DNA of 64,000 bases from an uncultured Clostridia bacterium (GCA_944372465.1 CALVZG010000010.1:42411-106410), one strand, 5' to 3'; counted from the first letter of the stretch, positions 19,050-30,734 are shown. Numbers and translations are program-made. The notes: generated from the letters alone by a model not told the origin.

Positions 19050-19520
19050 ATGAAAAAAAGAACAAAAATTATTATAATAACTGCAATGGTTTTACTACTT
19101 GGTATTACAGGTTATCTTAATGTAATGCTTAACAACTCAATGTCAAACAATAAAGAAGAGACATCAACTACATCAAGTTATTTCCAAACATATAGGTCTG
19201 ATAGAGAATCTACAAGAGATCAAGAAATGCTTTATTATGATGCAATTATAGCAAGTGAATCTTCTTCTGCTGATGCTATTGCTACTGCTGAAAGTGCAAA
19301 ACTTGCTTTGATTGACCAAATGGAACAAGAACTTGTTGTTGAAGGGTTAATTAAAGCAAAAGGTTTTGAAGATTGTGTTGTAACAATATCTGATGATAAT
19401 GTTAATGCGGTTGTAAAATCTGGGACTCTTACATCTACTCAAGTTGCCCAAATTGTAGAAATAATTCAATCTCAATTAAGCACAGGTATAGAAAATATAA
19501 AAATTATTCCAGTAGAATAA
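19050..19520 (+). CDS. spoIIIAH: Stage III sporulation protein AH
   Basis: N-terminal TM helix followed by a YscJ-like C-terminal region. Last gene of the cluster. Confidence 0.65.
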   Translation: MKKRTKIIIITAMVLLLGITGYLNVMLNNSMSNNKEETSTTSSYFQTYRSDRESTRDQEMLYYDAIIASESSSADAIATAESAKLALIDQMEQELVVEGLIKAKGFEDCVVTISDDNVNAVVKSGTLTSTQVAQIVEIIQSQLSTGIENIKIIPVE

Positions 19521-19571
19521 TTGCAAATTGTATACAAAGTATGTTATAATACAAAAGAATAGGAGAGTGTT

Positions 19572-19937
19572 ATGACAAAAACAAACACAACTTTGCCTAA
19601 AAAAGGAAAAGTCGAAATAGATAGAGATATCTTACTATCAATTATAAATCTTGCAACAAAAGAAATTAATGGAGTTGAATCTCTTACTAACGATTACCTT
19701 CCTTTTTATAAAAAAATGGCAAAACCAAAAAATGAAGGAGTAAGTATCAAATTTGATACAAATGGCGTGGTAAATGTAGATGTATATATAAAAGTATATA
19801 TCGGTTATAGTGTGCCTGATGTGGCATTTAGAGTACAAGAAAATATAAAAAATTCGCTAAACACAATGGTCGGTATTAAATCAGGTAAAATAAATGTCCA
19901 TGTGTATGGTGTTGCTTGTGATGAGGAAATACAATGA
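19572..19937 (+). CDS. Asp23/Gls24 (alkaline shock protein) family protein
   Basis: [20 protein letters not shown]...V.V.V.V.YG pattern. Conserved position before nusB. Confidence 0.8.
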   Translation: MTKTNTTLPKKGKVEIDRDILLSIINLATKEINGVESLTNDYLPFYKKMAKPKNEGVSIKFDTNGVVNVDVYIKVYIGYSVPDVAFRVQENIKNSLNTMVGIKSGKINVHVYGVACDEEIQ

Positions 19938-20320
19938 GAGCTTATGCTAGAGATCTTGCTTTTCAATCAATATTTGAAAGACTTTTCGTTAAAGAATATT
20001 TTTCTGACGAAGAGTCTTTTGCATCTCTAAAAAAAGATGAAGACAAAAATTTTGCAAATGAAATTTTAAATAGTTTTTTAGAACATAGAGAAGAAATAGA
20101 GAATTTGTTATCAAAACATTTAATAGGTTACGAAATTAATAGAGTATATAAAGTTGACCTAGCTATTCTTTTTGAATCGATAGCAGAAATAAAATATGTC
20201 AAAACACCTGCAAAAATAGTAATAAATGAAGCTGTAGAACTTGCTAAAAAATTCTCTACAGATAAAAGCAGTAAATTTATAAATGGTGTTCTTTCATCTA
20301 TAGTTAAAGAAATAATTTAA
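19934..20320 (+). CDS. nusB: Transcription antitermination factor NusB
   Basis: [10 protein letters not shown]...[12 protein letters not shown]...KFINGVL. Confidence 0.9.
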   Translation: MRAYARDLAFQSIFERLFVKEYFSDEESFASLKKDEDKNFANEILNSFLEHREEIENLLSKHLIGYEINRVYKVDLAILFESIAEIKYVKTPAKIVINEAVELAKKFSTDKSSKFINGVLSSIVKEII

Positions 20321-20425
20321 AGATAGTAACTAATTTTAACAAATAAAAGTTGATAAAAAACTCATAATAAAGATTAATAATAAATTTTATCTAATAATAT
20401 TATCTTTAATTAAAAGAGGTACTAT

Positions 20426-21619
20426 GTGTTTGAAGCAATTACTGTAACAAAACTAAATACATATATAAAACAAATCTTTGACGCAGAGGAATTTTTGCAT
20501 AACATTCCAGTAATTGGTGAAATCTTTGGCGTCAGTTTATCGCGTAATGTTATTTATTTTTCTTTAAAAGATGAAAATTCTTCAATATCATGCGTTTGTT
20601 TTTATCCTAATTTAATAAGCGAAATTGTAGAAGGGGATAAAGTTATTTTGACAGGTTCTCCTAATTATTATACTAAAGGTGGAAAATTAAATTTTAATGT
20701 TTTTAAAGTTGAAAAAACGGGACAAGGAAAGTTATATGAAGAATTTTTAAAATTGAAACAAAAACTCCAAGATGAAGGATTATTTAACCAAGAGCATAAA
20801 AAAACTATGCCAAAAGAAATAAAAAGAATTGGAGTAATAACATCTAGAGAGGGTGCTGTAATTCAAGACATAAAAAATATCGCTTGGAGAAGAAATCCAA
20901 CCATAGATATAGTTCTTTTTAATACAAAGGTTCAAGGCAATAATGCAGAAAATGAAATAGCACATGCAATAGATGTCATGGGTAAATATGAAAAAATAGA
21001 TGTAATTATAGTGGCAAGAGGAGGGGGCTCTTTAGAAGATTTATGGGCTTATAATACAGAAATAGTTGCTCGTGCTACATACAACTGTCCAAAACCAATT
21101 GTTTCAGCTGTAGGGCATGAAACCGATTTTACAATAATAGATTTCGTAAGTGATTTAAGAGCGCCAACACCTTCTGCTGCCGCAGAACTTTTAACATATT
21201 CTTTAGAAGATAGAAAAAAAGAATTAAAAAATATATTAATTTATTATTATAAAGTTGTAGAAAATTATATTTCAGATAAATTAAATGATTGCGATATTAT
21301 TAATTTAAGATTAACAGGTGATTTAGAAAAATTGATTACAAATGAAAAAACTTTACTTAAACATAAAGAAGATAATATAATTAAAATCTTTAATAATTAT
21401 CTAAATCAAAAGTATTATGAAATAGGAATTATAGAAAATACAATAGATAAAATAAACCCTGAATTAATCATGAAAAAAGGATATACTAAAATTGAGCAAA
21501 ATGGTAAAAATATAAATAATTTAGAAACTTTAAATGAAAATGAAAACTTAACAATAAATTTCTTTGATGGTAAAATACAAGCAAAGCCTATAAATAAAAA
21601 AGAATTTAAAGGAGATTAA
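20426..21619 (+). CDS. xseA: Exodeoxyribonuclease VII large subunit
   Basis: N-terminal OB fold (VIGEI...YFSLKD), GVITS..GA...D and ARGGGS.EDLW motifs. GTG start. Confidence 0.9.
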   Translation: MFEAITVTKLNTYIKQIFDAEEFLHNIPVIGEIFGVSLSRNVIYFSLKDENSSISCVCFYPNLISEIVEGDKVILTGSPNYYTKGGKLNFNVFKVEKTGQGKLYEEFLKLKQKLQDEGLFNQEHKKTMPKEIKRIGVITSREGAVIQDIKNIAWRRNPTIDIVLFNTKVQGNNAENEIAHAIDVMGKYEKIDVIIVARGGGSLEDLWAYNTEIVARATYNCPKPIVSAVGHETDFTIIDFVSDLRAPTPSAAAELLTYSLEDRKKELKNILIYYYKVVENYISDKLNDCDIINLRLTGDLEKLITNEKTLLKHKEDNIIKIFNNYLNQKYYEIGIIENTIDKINPELIMKKGYTKIEQNGKNINNLETLNENENLTINFFDGKIQAKPINKKEFKGD

Positions 21620-21620
21620 T

Positions 21621-21824
21621 ATGGAACTAAATTATGAAAGTGCAACTGCACAATTAAATGAAATTATAACAAAAATTGAAAGTGGGGAAATATCTATCAA
21701 TGAGGCATTAAAACTTGTTGAAAAGGCAAAAGAACTTATCTTATTTTGTTACAAAGAAATAGATAAAGCAAAAGGTAAACTGACAGAAATAAAAGAAACA
21801 TTAGACGGTATTGAAGAAATATAA
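21621..21824 (+). CDS. xseB: Exodeoxyribonuclease VII small subunit
   Basis: 67-aa helical protein (LNEIITKIESGEISINEAL) directly after xseA. Confidence 0.85.
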   Translation: MELNYESATAQLNEIITKIESGEISINEALKLVEKAKELILFCYKEIDKAKGKLTEIKETLDGIEEI

Positions 21825-21863
21825 AAAATACATATAAACAACTTTTTTTTCATATATTATCAT

Positions 21864-22430
21864 GTGAAAAAATTAAGAAAAATATCAATACAAAGTGTTA
21901 AGAGTAAAAAATACTTGTGGGCTATAAGAATGTTTTTTATTGCTATATGTATGTCAATATTTTTTGGTTTTATTAGTCAAACAATGCTTTCAAAAATGGG
22001 CGTAGTTATAGCAACTATGGTAATTTTGATATTTATTTTTATATCTGTATTATTTGATATGCTTGGAATAGCAGCTGCTTCAGCAGAGATAGAAATTTTA
22101 AGAAAATGGGGAAGAGAGAAAATAAAAGGAGCAGATATAGGAGTTAAGCTTTGTGAAAATTCAGAAAAAGTATGTTCTTTTTGTGCAGACATGGTAGGTG
22201 ATATATGTAGTACTTTATGTGGAGCAGGAGGGGCATGTATAGTAACAACATTAACAAATTCAATTTCAAATATACACTTAATTATGTTGATATCTATTTC
22301 AACTTCAGCTCTCATTGCAGGAACAACTATTTTTTTTAAAGCAATAATGAAAGAAAAGGCTTTAAAAAATTCAAACAAAATAATATTAAGGTTAGGCAAA
22401 TATTTAGATAAATTTTTTATAATTAAATAA
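21864..22430 (+). CDS. Membrane protein, CNNM/DUF21-like transmembrane domain only
   Basis: 4 TM helices. LGIAAASAEIEILRKWG...VGDI resembles the DUF21 core, but no CBS domains follow. An equally long antisense ORF was judged a shadow. Confidence 0.45.
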   Translation: MKKLRKISIQSVKSKKYLWAIRMFFIAICMSIFFGFISQTMLSKMGVVIATMVILIFIFISVLFDMLGIAAASAEIEILRKWGREKIKGADIGVKLCENSEKVCSFCADMVGDICSTLCGAGGACIVTTLTNSISNIHLIMLISISTSALIAGTTIFFKAIMKEKALKNSNKIILRLGKYLDKFFIIK

Positions 22431-22498
22431 AAATTAAAATATTGAAAATATGACAATAAAAATTAACATACATTTTTTTAAAAATCTGTTAAAAATTA

Positions 22499-22527
22499 TT
22501 GACAAATGAAAAATTATATGATAATAT
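22499..22527 (+). promoter_or_regulatory. Sigma-A promoter of the infC-rpmI-rplT operon
   Basis: TTGACA (22499-22504), 17-bp spacer, TGaTAATAT (22519-22527). Confidence 0.6.
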
Positions 22528-22681
22528 ATGACCATGAAAGTAGAAGTTCCACTTCTCACCAGTCAGCAAATGAGTTAGACTAGGTAAAAACTTTAATAAT
22601 TATGATAAGTTTTTTGGTGGAATTTTATGCTTCCACCAATTTTTTAATTAAAAGGGGATTACAACTATTTTTAAGGAATTA
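22528..22681 (+). promoter_or_regulatory. L20 (rplT) autoregulatory leader with intrinsic terminator
   Basis: Terminator arms TTGGTGGAA (22614-22622) and TTCCACCAA (22631-22639) are followed by T6. An upstream TTCCAC (22548-22553) can compete for the GGTGGAA arm. The location upstream of infC matches the Firmicute L20 leader. Confidence 0.6.
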
Positions 22682-23182
22682 TTGATTAATGAACAAATTA
22701 ACGCACCACAAGTTCGTTTAATAGGAGAGAATGGAGAACAACTAGGTATAGTATCTAGAGAAGAAGCATTATCTATTGCTGAAGAGCGTGGCTTTGATTT
22801 AGTTCTTATGTCTGGAGGGACAAATCCTCCTGTGTGTAAAATATTAGATTATGGTAAATTTAAATATGACGCATTAAAAAAAGATAAAGAAATAAAAAAA
22901 GCTCAAAAAATTATTGAAACAAAAGAAGTTCGTCTTTCCATGACAATAGATGAACATGACATTGCTTATCGTGTAGCAAGTGCTACAAAGTTTTTAAAAG
23001 ATGGAAATAAGGTCAAAGTAAGCTTAAGAATGAAGGGAAGAGAACAAGCTTATGTTAAAAAAGCAATAGAAGTTGTTAAAGAATTTTGTGGTAGATTAAA
23101 TGAAGTTGGAAGCACAGATAAAGAGCCAGAACTTCTAGGTAAAAATATTTTTGTAATTGTAAGCCCTAAAAAAACAAAGTAA
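22682..23182 (+). CDS. infC: Translation initiation factor IF-3
   Basis: INEQINAPQVRLIGENGEQLGIVS. No in-frame ATG at the N-terminus. The start is TTG 22682 or ATT 22685, after AAGGA (22673-22677). Confidence 0.95.
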   Translation: MINEQINAPQVRLIGENGEQLGIVSREEALSIAEERGFDLVLMSGGTNPPVCKILDYGKFKYDALKKDKEIKKAQKIIETKEVRLSMTIDEHDIAYRVASATKFLKDGNKVKVSLRMKGREQAYVKKAIEVVKEFCGRLNEVGSTDKEPELLGKNIFVIVSPKKTK

Positions 23183-23197
23183 AAGGAGAAAATAATT

Positions 23198-23392
23198 ATG
23201 CCAAAACAAAAAACACATAGTGGATGCAAAAAGCGTTTTCATTTAACTGCAAATGGTAATGTAAAGTTTGCAAGACCGGGGAAGGGACATTTCCTTACAA
23301 AGAAATCACAACAAAATAAAAGAAAACTTAGAAAGGGAAGTTATATTTCAGGAAAGAACACACAAAATATTAAATCCCTTTTAGCTAAATAG
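23198..23392 (+). CDS. rpmI: 50S ribosomal protein L35
   Basis: MPKQKTHSG.KKRF; 64 aa. Confidence 0.95.
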   Translation: MPKQKTHSGCKKRFHLTANGNVKFARPGKGHFLTKKSQQNKRKLRKGSYISGKNTQNIKSLLAK

Positions 23393-23401
23393 GAGGAAAC
23401 C

Positions 23402-23743
23402 ATGAGAATTAAAAGAAGTGTAAACGCATTAAAGAAACGCCGTTCTATATTAAAAAGCACTAAAGGTTATAGAGGTGCAAAATCAAAACTTTATAGAACT
23501 GCAAAACAACAAGTAATGAAAAGTGGTCAATATGCTTATGTTGGTCGTAAATTAAAGAAAAGAAATTTTAGAGCTTTATGGATTACTAGAATTAACGCTG
23601 GATGCAGACAAAACGGAATTTCTTATTCAAAATTTATTGCAGGACTTAAAAGCAAAGGTATTGAATTAAATAGAAAAGTACTTGCTGATATGGCAGTTAG
23701 AGAACCTGAAGCATTTGCAGCACTCGTAGGGCAAGTTAAATAA
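23402..23743 (+). CDS. rplT: 50S ribosomal protein L20
   Basis: [14 protein letters not shown]...[10 protein letters not shown]. Confidence 0.95.
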   Translation: MRIKRSVNALKKRRSILKSTKGYRGAKSKLYRTAKQQVMKSGQYAYVGRKLKKRNFRALWITRINAGCRQNGISYSKFIAGLKSKGIELNRKVLADMAVREPEAFAALVGQVK

Positions 23744-24489
23744 TGCTTGTAAAATTAAATAATAATATAATTAAAGAATTAAAAAAGCAAAAACGAGAAA
23801 AAAGTTATTTGCTTTTTTTGGATAATTTAAAAATCATAAAAGACGCTTTATCTATAGGATTAAATCCTATATATATATTAACAATAGATGAAAAATTATT
23901 AAATTCTGAATTTGATAATTATAAGGGAAAAATATTCTTAATAGACAAAAAATCTTTAGAGCAATTATCTGACAGTAAAACACCATATGGAGTATTATGT
24001 ATTATAGAATACCACCCAAATACGCTAATTAAACCTAATACAAACTTTTTAGTTTTAGATGGCTTGCAAGATCCTGGAAATGTTGGTTCGCTAATAAGAA
24101 CGGCAGCCGCTTGTGGATTTAATTATGTATATTTAATAGAAAGTGTAAAGGTTACAAATTCAAAAGTAATAAGAAGTAGTGTTGGAACAATATTTAACAT
24201 AAATATTATTGAAACAAATCGAAAAGAATTTATAAAAAAAGTAAGTGAATGGAACATCAAGCTTTTAAAAGCAGATATGAAAGGTACTAATATATTTAAA
24301 TTTTCTAATAATGAACAAATTGGTATTGTAATAGGAAATGAAGGTCAAGGAGTTTCAAAAGAGTTGTCTGATTTATGTAAACTAACGGTTTCTATCCCTA
24401 TGAAAAATAAAGTTGAAAGCTTAAATGCTTCTGTTTCAGGTTCTATAATCATGTATGAAATTTCTAAAAATAATTTTGATAATAATTAA
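23743..24489 (+). CDS. SpoU/TrmH-family RNA 2'-O-methyltransferase
   Basis: LDGLQDPGNVGSLIRTA, GNEGQGVS and IPM...ESLNASVSGSI motifs. Confidence 0.8.
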   Translation: MLVKLNNNIIKELKKQKREKSYLLFLDNLKIIKDALSIGLNPIYILTIDEKLLNSEFDNYKGKIFLIDKKSLEQLSDSKTPYGVLCIIEYHPNTLIKPNTNFLVLDGLQDPGNVGSLIRTAAACGFNYVYLIESVKVTNSKVIRSSVGTIFNINIIETNRKEFIKKVSEWNIKLLKADMKGTNIFKFSNNEQIGIVIGNEGQGVSKELSDLCKLTVSIPMKNKVESLNASVSGSIIMYEISKNNFDNN

Positions 24490-24657
24490 AATTGTTATAT
24501 AATAATTAAGAATAAAGAGCATTTAAATTTTATTATAAATAATATTAAATATTAAAATATATATGTAAGTTACAAATATAAACAATTTTATATTGTATAT
24601 TGTTTAAAAGTTAAAATGCTCTATTTTAAATTAATGATGGATAAAAAGGAGAAAAAT

Positions 24658-25392
24658 ATGTCAGGACATTCTAAATGGCACAATATTCAAGCAAGAAAAG
24701 GCAAAAGTGATGCAGCAAGAGGAAAAATCTTTACAAAAATAGGTAGAGAAATTGCAGTTTGTGTAAAAACTGGAGGGGCTGACCCTGTATCTAACCCTAA
24801 ATTAAAAGATATTATAGCAAAAGCAAAACAAAATAATATGCCTAATGACACTATTGAAAGAAGCATAAAAAAAGCAGCAGGAGAAGTGTCGGGAATAAAC
24901 TATGAAAGTTGTACTTATGAAGGATATGGCTCTGGTGGCTCGGCTGTTATTGTTGAATGTTTAACAGATAACAAAAATAGAACTGCAGGAGATGTAAGAC
25001 ATTCATTTGATAAATTTGGGGGTTCACTTGGCTCTACAGGTTGCGTAAGTTATCTATTCCAACGCAAAGGGATAATAGAAATAGAAAAAAATGAAAAAGT
25101 TGATAGCGATGAATTGATGATGACTGCTTTAGATTTAGGTGCAGTTGATATTATCGAATATGAAGATAGTTTTGAAATCATTTGTCCTGCAAATGAACAT
25201 AATAAAATCAGTGAAAGTTTATTTTCAGCAGGATATAATGTTTTAAGTGCAGAAACTACCATGGTTCCTGATAATTATGTAGATTTAGATGAAGATAAAC
25301 TCTCTAAATTTACTAAAATGATAGATGCTTTGGAAGATTTAGATGATGTTCAAGAAGTCTATCATAATGTAAATTTACCTGACGAAGAATAA
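24658..25392 (+). CDS. yebC: YebC/PmpR family transcriptional regulator
   Basis: MSGHSKWHNIQARKG... The start was refined past the track's 14-aa extension; AAAGGAG SD upstream. Confidence 0.9.
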   Translation: MSGHSKWHNIQARKGKSDAARGKIFTKIGREIAVCVKTGGADPVSNPKLKDIIAKAKQNNMPNDTIERSIKKAAGEVSGINYESCTYEGYGSGGSAVIVECLTDNKNRTAGDVRHSFDKFGGSLGSTGCVSYLFQRKGIIEIEKNEKVDSDELMMTALDLGAVDIIEYEDSFEIICPANEHNKISESLFSAGYNVLSAETTMVPDNYVDLDEDKLSKFTKMIDALEDLDDVQEVYHNVNLPDEE

Positions 25393-25401
25393 TAATATTA
25401 A

Positions 25402-25440
25402 ATCAACCATTATGTTAAATTTAATGGTTGATTTTTATTT
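25402..25440 (+). terminator. Rho-independent terminator after yebC
   Basis: ATCAACCATTA pairs with TAATGGTTGAT and is followed by a T-run. Confidence 0.7.
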
Positions 25441-25481
25441 CGACAAAATAATACATAATTTTTAATATTTTAAAATTATTA

Positions 25482-25510
25482 TTGATTATTAGCTACATTT
25501 ATGTTATAAT
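25482..25510 (+). promoter_or_regulatory. Sigma-A promoter for the 25532 ORF
   Basis: TTGATT (25482-25487), 17-bp spacer, TGtTATAAT (25502-25510). Confidence 0.55.
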
Positions 25511-25531
25511 GCAATTAAGGGAGATATAAAT

Positions 25532-25939
25532 ATGTGGAGAGATTGGTATTCTGAATGGGAAAATGAAAAAGAAGACAGAGAAGAAGAATGGGCTAAACAA
25601 ATAATAGAACAAGAAAAAGAACTAGAAGAAAAAAGAAAGCAAGAGGAAGAACAAGACCAAAAAGAAACAGATAAAAAAGAAAAATCTGAAGAAAAAGATA
25701 ACAATGAAAACAATGAAAGAGAGCATGACTCAAAAATGTTAGATGATGCTAAATTAAAAAATAAAAATGAATATTATTCTATTGCTTTAAGTAAAGGTAG
25801 GTTTCAACTTTCATTCTTACCACCAATAACAGAGGAAGAAAGATTAAAGGCAAAATCAATAAAAAAAGCTGGGTTTATACAATTAATAAAAGATACAAAT
25901 CCTATTTTTGAAAATAATATAATTGAAAACGGTATATAA
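25532..25939 (+). CDS. Hypothetical highly acidic/charged protein
   Basis: 135 aa with a W/E-rich N-terminus (MWRDWYSEWENEKEDREEEW) and a long E/K/D stretch. AAGGGAG SD, own promoter and own terminator. No family recognised. Confidence 0.5.
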   Translation: MWRDWYSEWENEKEDREEEWAKQIIEQEKELEEKRKQEEEQDQKETDKKEKSEEKDNNENNEREHDSKMLDDAKLKNKNEYYSIALSKGRFQLSFLPPITEEERLKAKSIKKAGFIQLIKDTNPIFENNIIENGI

Positions 25940-25956
25940 TTTGCCGTTTTTTATTT
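25926..25956 (+). terminator. Rho-independent terminator
   Basis: AAAACGG pairs with CCGTTTT with the stop codon in the loop, followed by a T-run. Confidence 0.6.
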
Positions 25957-26017
25957 TTATTTTATTAGCATAAATAATTAATTTGACTTAATTAAACTAT
26001 TTGAGTAAAATATATAC

Positions 26018-26509
26018 ATGATAATTTTAGGTATTGATCCGGGATATGCTATTATTGGTTATGGTGTTATTAATAAATCTAATTTAAGTATTGAAGTTCT
26101 TGACTATGGAGCTATTACTACACCAAAAGAAGATAGTTTGCCAATCAGGTTAGAAGCAATAGACGCTAGCCTTAAGTTTTTATTTGATAAATTTAAACCT
26201 GATGTAGTAGCGATAGAAGAGCTTTTTTATTTTAAAAATCAAAAAACAATTATACAAGTAGCACAAGCTAGAGGAGTGATTGTTCTTGCATGTCAAAAAT
26301 ATTGCGGGCAAATTTATGAATATACACCACTTCAAATAAAGCAAGCATTGACGGGACAAGGACGAGCTGAAAAAGCTCAAGTTCAATATATGGTAAAAGC
26401 TATATTAGGATTAAATTCTATTCCTAAACCAGATGATGCCGCAGATGCGCTTGCAGTGGCCATTTGCCATAGCCAGACAAGTCCAAATTTAAACCAAAAT
26501 AAAGTTTAA
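26018..26509 (+). CDS. ruvC: Holliday junction resolvase RuvC
   Basis: MIILGIDPGYAIIGYGVI...PDVVAIEELF...PDDAADALAVAICH. Confidence 0.9.
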   Translation: MIILGIDPGYAIIGYGVINKSNLSIEVLDYGAITTPKEDSLPIRLEAIDASLKFLFDKFKPDVVAIEELFYFKNQKTIIQVAQARGVIVLACQKYCGQIYEYTPLQIKQALTGQGRAEKAQVQYMVKAILGLNSIPKPDDAADALAVAICHSQTSPNLNQNKV

Positions 26510-26526
26510 AGAATAAAGGAGTACAT

Positions 26527-27123
26527 ATGATATCATTCTTAATTGGAGTAATTGACGAAAAAAAAGAAAACTATATAACCATTGATGTAAATGGAGTAGG
26601 ATACGAATTATGTGTGTCAAATAATACTTTAGTTTCATTACCTATGCCGGGAGAAAATGCAAAAGTATTCACATATCTATCTGTTAGAGAAGACGGGGTT
26701 TCTCTTTTTGGGTTTTCTACACTAGAAGAAAAAGATCTATTCAACAAACTCATTGCGGTAAGTGGTATAGGTCCTAAAGTAGCAATAACAATATTATCTG
26801 GGTTAAGTATATCTGATTTAATAGTAGCAATATCAAATCAAGATATAAAACTTTTATCAAAAATTAAAGGATTAGGGAAAAAAACAGCTGAAAGATTATG
26901 TCTAGAACTTAAAGATAAATTAAATATTCTTAATGTAAATAGCGAAACTTTAAACAATTTTGATGTAAATTATGATGAAGATGCTGTTCAAATGGCTACT
27001 GATACTCTTATTAGTTTAGGTATAAATAAAAATGAAGCTTATATGCTTGCTCGTTCAAATGCTGCTAATAATGCAACAGTAGAAGAAATAATATCAAAAT
27101 CATTAAGGGGGTATAAAGGTTAA
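26527..27123 (+). CDS. ruvA: Holliday junction helicase subunit RuvA
   Basis: MISFLIGVI...GVGYEL...LFGF...LI.VSGIGPK.A..IL. Confidence 0.9.
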   Translation: MISFLIGVIDEKKENYITIDVNGVGYELCVSNNTLVSLPMPGENAKVFTYLSVREDGVSLFGFSTLEEKDLFNKLIAVSGIGPKVAITILSGLSISDLIVAISNQDIKLLSKIKGLGKKTAERLCLELKDKLNILNVNSETLNNFDVNYDEDAVQMATDTLISLGINKNEAYMLARSNAANNATVEEIISKSLRGYKG

Positions 27124-27125
27124 TA

Positions 27126-28148
27126 ATGGAAGAAAATGAAAGATTTATAACTAGCACTAAAAATATGACTGATGCAGAAATTGAAAACTCTTTAAGACCT
27201 ACAACTTTTGATGAATATATTGGGCAAACAAAAGTAAAAGAAGCATTATCAGTTTATATTAAAGCTGCAAAGACAAGGAAAGAAAGTCTAGACCATGTTT
27301 TGTTATATGGTCCTCCGGGACTCGGTAAAACAACTTTATCTCATATAATTGCAAACGAACTTGGCTCTCAATTTAAAGTAACATCTGGGCCTGCAATAGA
27401 ACATGCTGCTGACCTCGCCGCAATTTTAACAAACTTAAATCAAAATGATGTTTTATTTATTGATGAAATTCATCGTTTAAATAAAACAGTAGAAGAAATT
27501 TTATATCCAGCTATGGAAGATTTTGCACTTGACTTTATTGTAGGTAAAGGCCCATCTGCTAGAAATATGAGATTAAAAATAAAACCTTTCACATTGATAG
27601 GTGCAACAACTAGAGCAGGTATGCTTACCAATCCATTAAGAGATAGATTTGGGGTAATATGTAGATTAGAATTATATTCAACTGATGAACTTGCAATTAT
27701 TATAAATAGATCAGCAAACATTTTAGGCGTAAAAATAGATGATGATGCAAGTGTAGAAATAGCAAAAAGGTCGAGAGGTACTCCAAGAATAGCTAATAGA
27801 CTGCTTAAGCGCATACGCGATTATGCTCAAGTTATTGGACAAGGTCATGTAACTAAAGAAATTGCACAGAAAACACTTCAAATTATGGAAATTGATGAAC
27901 TTGGACTTGATACCATAGATAGAAAAATCCTTTTATCAATAATAAACAAATTTGGAGGAGGACCTGTAGGTTTAGATACATTATCAGCCACAATTAGTGA
28001 AGATTCAACTACAATAGAAGATGTTTATGAACCATATTTATTGCAACTTGGTTTTATTTCACGAACTCCAAGAGGAAGAGTAGCATTAGAACCTGCTTAT
28101 AAACATTTTGGTTTATCTTATATAAATCAACAAATAAAAAATAATTAA
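27126..28148 (+). CDS. ruvB: Holliday junction helicase subunit RuvB
   Basis: [28 protein letters not shown] and [11 protein letters not shown] motifs. Confidence 0.95.
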   Translation: MEENERFITSTKNMTDAEIENSLRPTTFDEYIGQTKVKEALSVYIKAAKTRKESLDHVLLYGPPGLGKTTLSHIIANELGSQFKVTSGPAIEHAADLAAILTNLNQNDVLFIDEIHRLNKTVEEILYPAMEDFALDFIVGKGPSARNMRLKIKPFTLIGATTRAGMLTNPLRDRFGVICRLELYSTDELAIIINRSANILGVKIDDDASVEIAKRSRGTPRIANRLLKRIRDYAQVIGQGHVTKEIAQKTLQIMEIDELGLDTIDRKILLSIINKFGGGPVGLDTLSATISEDSTTIEDVYEPYLLQLGFISRTPRGRVALEPAYKHFGLSYINQQIKNN

Positions 28149-28351
28149 TAAATTAGCTAATTTTAAAAAAGAAAAGTAGATGAAAATTTAATATTTTTAA
28201 ATTAATTGAAAATAATTATTTAATAAAAATACAAAATAAATTAATTTATAATTATATTCTTTAATATTTATTTTCAATATTGATATATTAATCATTACTT
28301 TTTTAAATTAAGGTTAATACTACAAAAATTTTAATTAATTAAGAGAAAATT

Positions 28352-29398
28352 ATGAGTAATATAAATAATAAAGATTTATTTTTAAAAAGCAGTTATTTTT
28401 ATAATTTGCCAGAAGATTTGATAGCACAAACACCTAAAGAGCCTAGAGATAGTTCAAGACTCTTGGTTTATGATAGAAAAAATCATAAAATAGAACATAA
28501 AATTTTTCACGATATAGTAAATTATTTACAAAAGGGTGATATTTTGGTAATTAATAATACAAGAGTTTTACCCGCTAGACTAATTGGATATAAAGATACA
28601 GGCGCAAAAATTGAAATACTTTTGCAAAAACGAATAGATTTAAAAACATGGGAAGTAATTGCAAAACCATTTAAAAGATTAAAAATAGGCACTGTAGTAA
28701 CTTTTAGTTCAAATTTATCGTGTGAAATAATAAATAAATTTGATTATGGCAGTTGCATAATAAAATTTATATTTAATGGAACATTCGAAGAAAGATTATC
28801 TGAAGTAGGACAAATGCCTTTACCTCCTTACATACATGAAAAATTAAAAGATAAAGAAAGATATCAAACAGTATATTCAAAGATAGAAGGTTCGTCAGCT
28901 GCACCTACAGCGGGATTACATTTTACTCCACAACTTTTAAATAAAATAAAAGAAAAAGGAATAGAAATTGTAGAAGTTTTGTTGCATGTAGGTTTAGGAA
29001 CATTTAGACCGGTAAAAGAAGATAATATTTTAAATCATGAAATGCACCGAGAATATATTGAAATGACCGAACAAAATGCTAAAATTATTAATGAGGCAAA
29101 AAAAGAGAAAAAAAGAATAATAGCTGTAGGGACAACAACTGTTAGAGTATTAGAAAGTTGTGCAAATAATGAGGGAATAGTAATGCCTCAAAAGAAAGAA
29201 ACAGACATTTTTATTTATCCATCATACAAATTTAAAGTGGTAGATGCTTTGATAACCAATTTCCATTTACCAGAAAGTACATTAATTATGCTCGTATCTG
29301 CTTTTACAGGGTATGATGAAACAATGGAAATTTATAAAGAAGCAGTTAAAGAAAAGTATAGATTTTTTTCTTTTGGAGATGCAATGTTTATTATTTAA
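28352..29398 (+). CDS. queA: S-adenosylmethionine:tRNA ribosyltransferase-isomerase
   Basis: [38 protein letters not shown] and [10 protein letters not shown] motifs. Confidence 0.95.
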   Translation: MSNINNKDLFLKSSYFYNLPEDLIAQTPKEPRDSSRLLVYDRKNHKIEHKIFHDIVNYLQKGDILVINNTRVLPARLIGYKDTGAKIEILLQKRIDLKTWEVIAKPFKRLKIGTVVTFSSNLSCEIINKFDYGSCIIKFIFNGTFEERLSEVGQMPLPPYIHEKLKDKERYQTVYSKIEGSSAAPTAGLHFTPQLLNKIKEKGIEIVEVLLHVGLGTFRPVKEDNILNHEMHREYIEMTEQNAKIINEAKKEKKRIIAVGTTTVRVLESCANNEGIVMPQKKETDIFIYPSYKFKVVDALITNFHLPESTLIMLVSAFTGYDETMEIYKEAVKEKYRFFSFGDAMFII

Positions 29399-29470
29399 CA
29401 ATATATAGTATTTATTTTAACAAACAAAACAGTATATATAGATAATTTAAAATTATGAAAAATGGAATAA

Positions 29471-30613
<1,143 letters not shown>

Positions 30614-30664
30614 TTCAATTTAAAAATGATATTAAAATAATATTCTTTATTGCTTGTAATTTGT

Positions 30665-30693
30665 TTGACAATCTTTATTCATATTTGTATACT
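30665..30693 (+). promoter_or_regulatory. Sigma-A-type promoter upstream of rny
   Basis: TTGACA (30665-30670), 17-bp spacer, TATACT (30688-30693). Confidence 0.5.
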
Positions 30694-30734
30694 TATTATG
30701 GTAGGTTATTTACTATCTTAAAAAGGGGTTTAAT

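Noticed and set aside
21977-22456. 159-aa minus-strand ORF
   Set aside because: It is antisense to the DUF21-like membrane protein. The plus-strand reading gives coherent TM helices and fits the operon direction (xseAB to infC), so the minus ORF was judged a shadow. This pair is admittedly the least certain strand call in the window.
25504-25713. 69-aa S/F-rich minus-strand ORF
   Set aside because: It is the mirror image of the GAA/AAA-rich acidic ORF on the plus strand, which has the promoter, SD and terminator.
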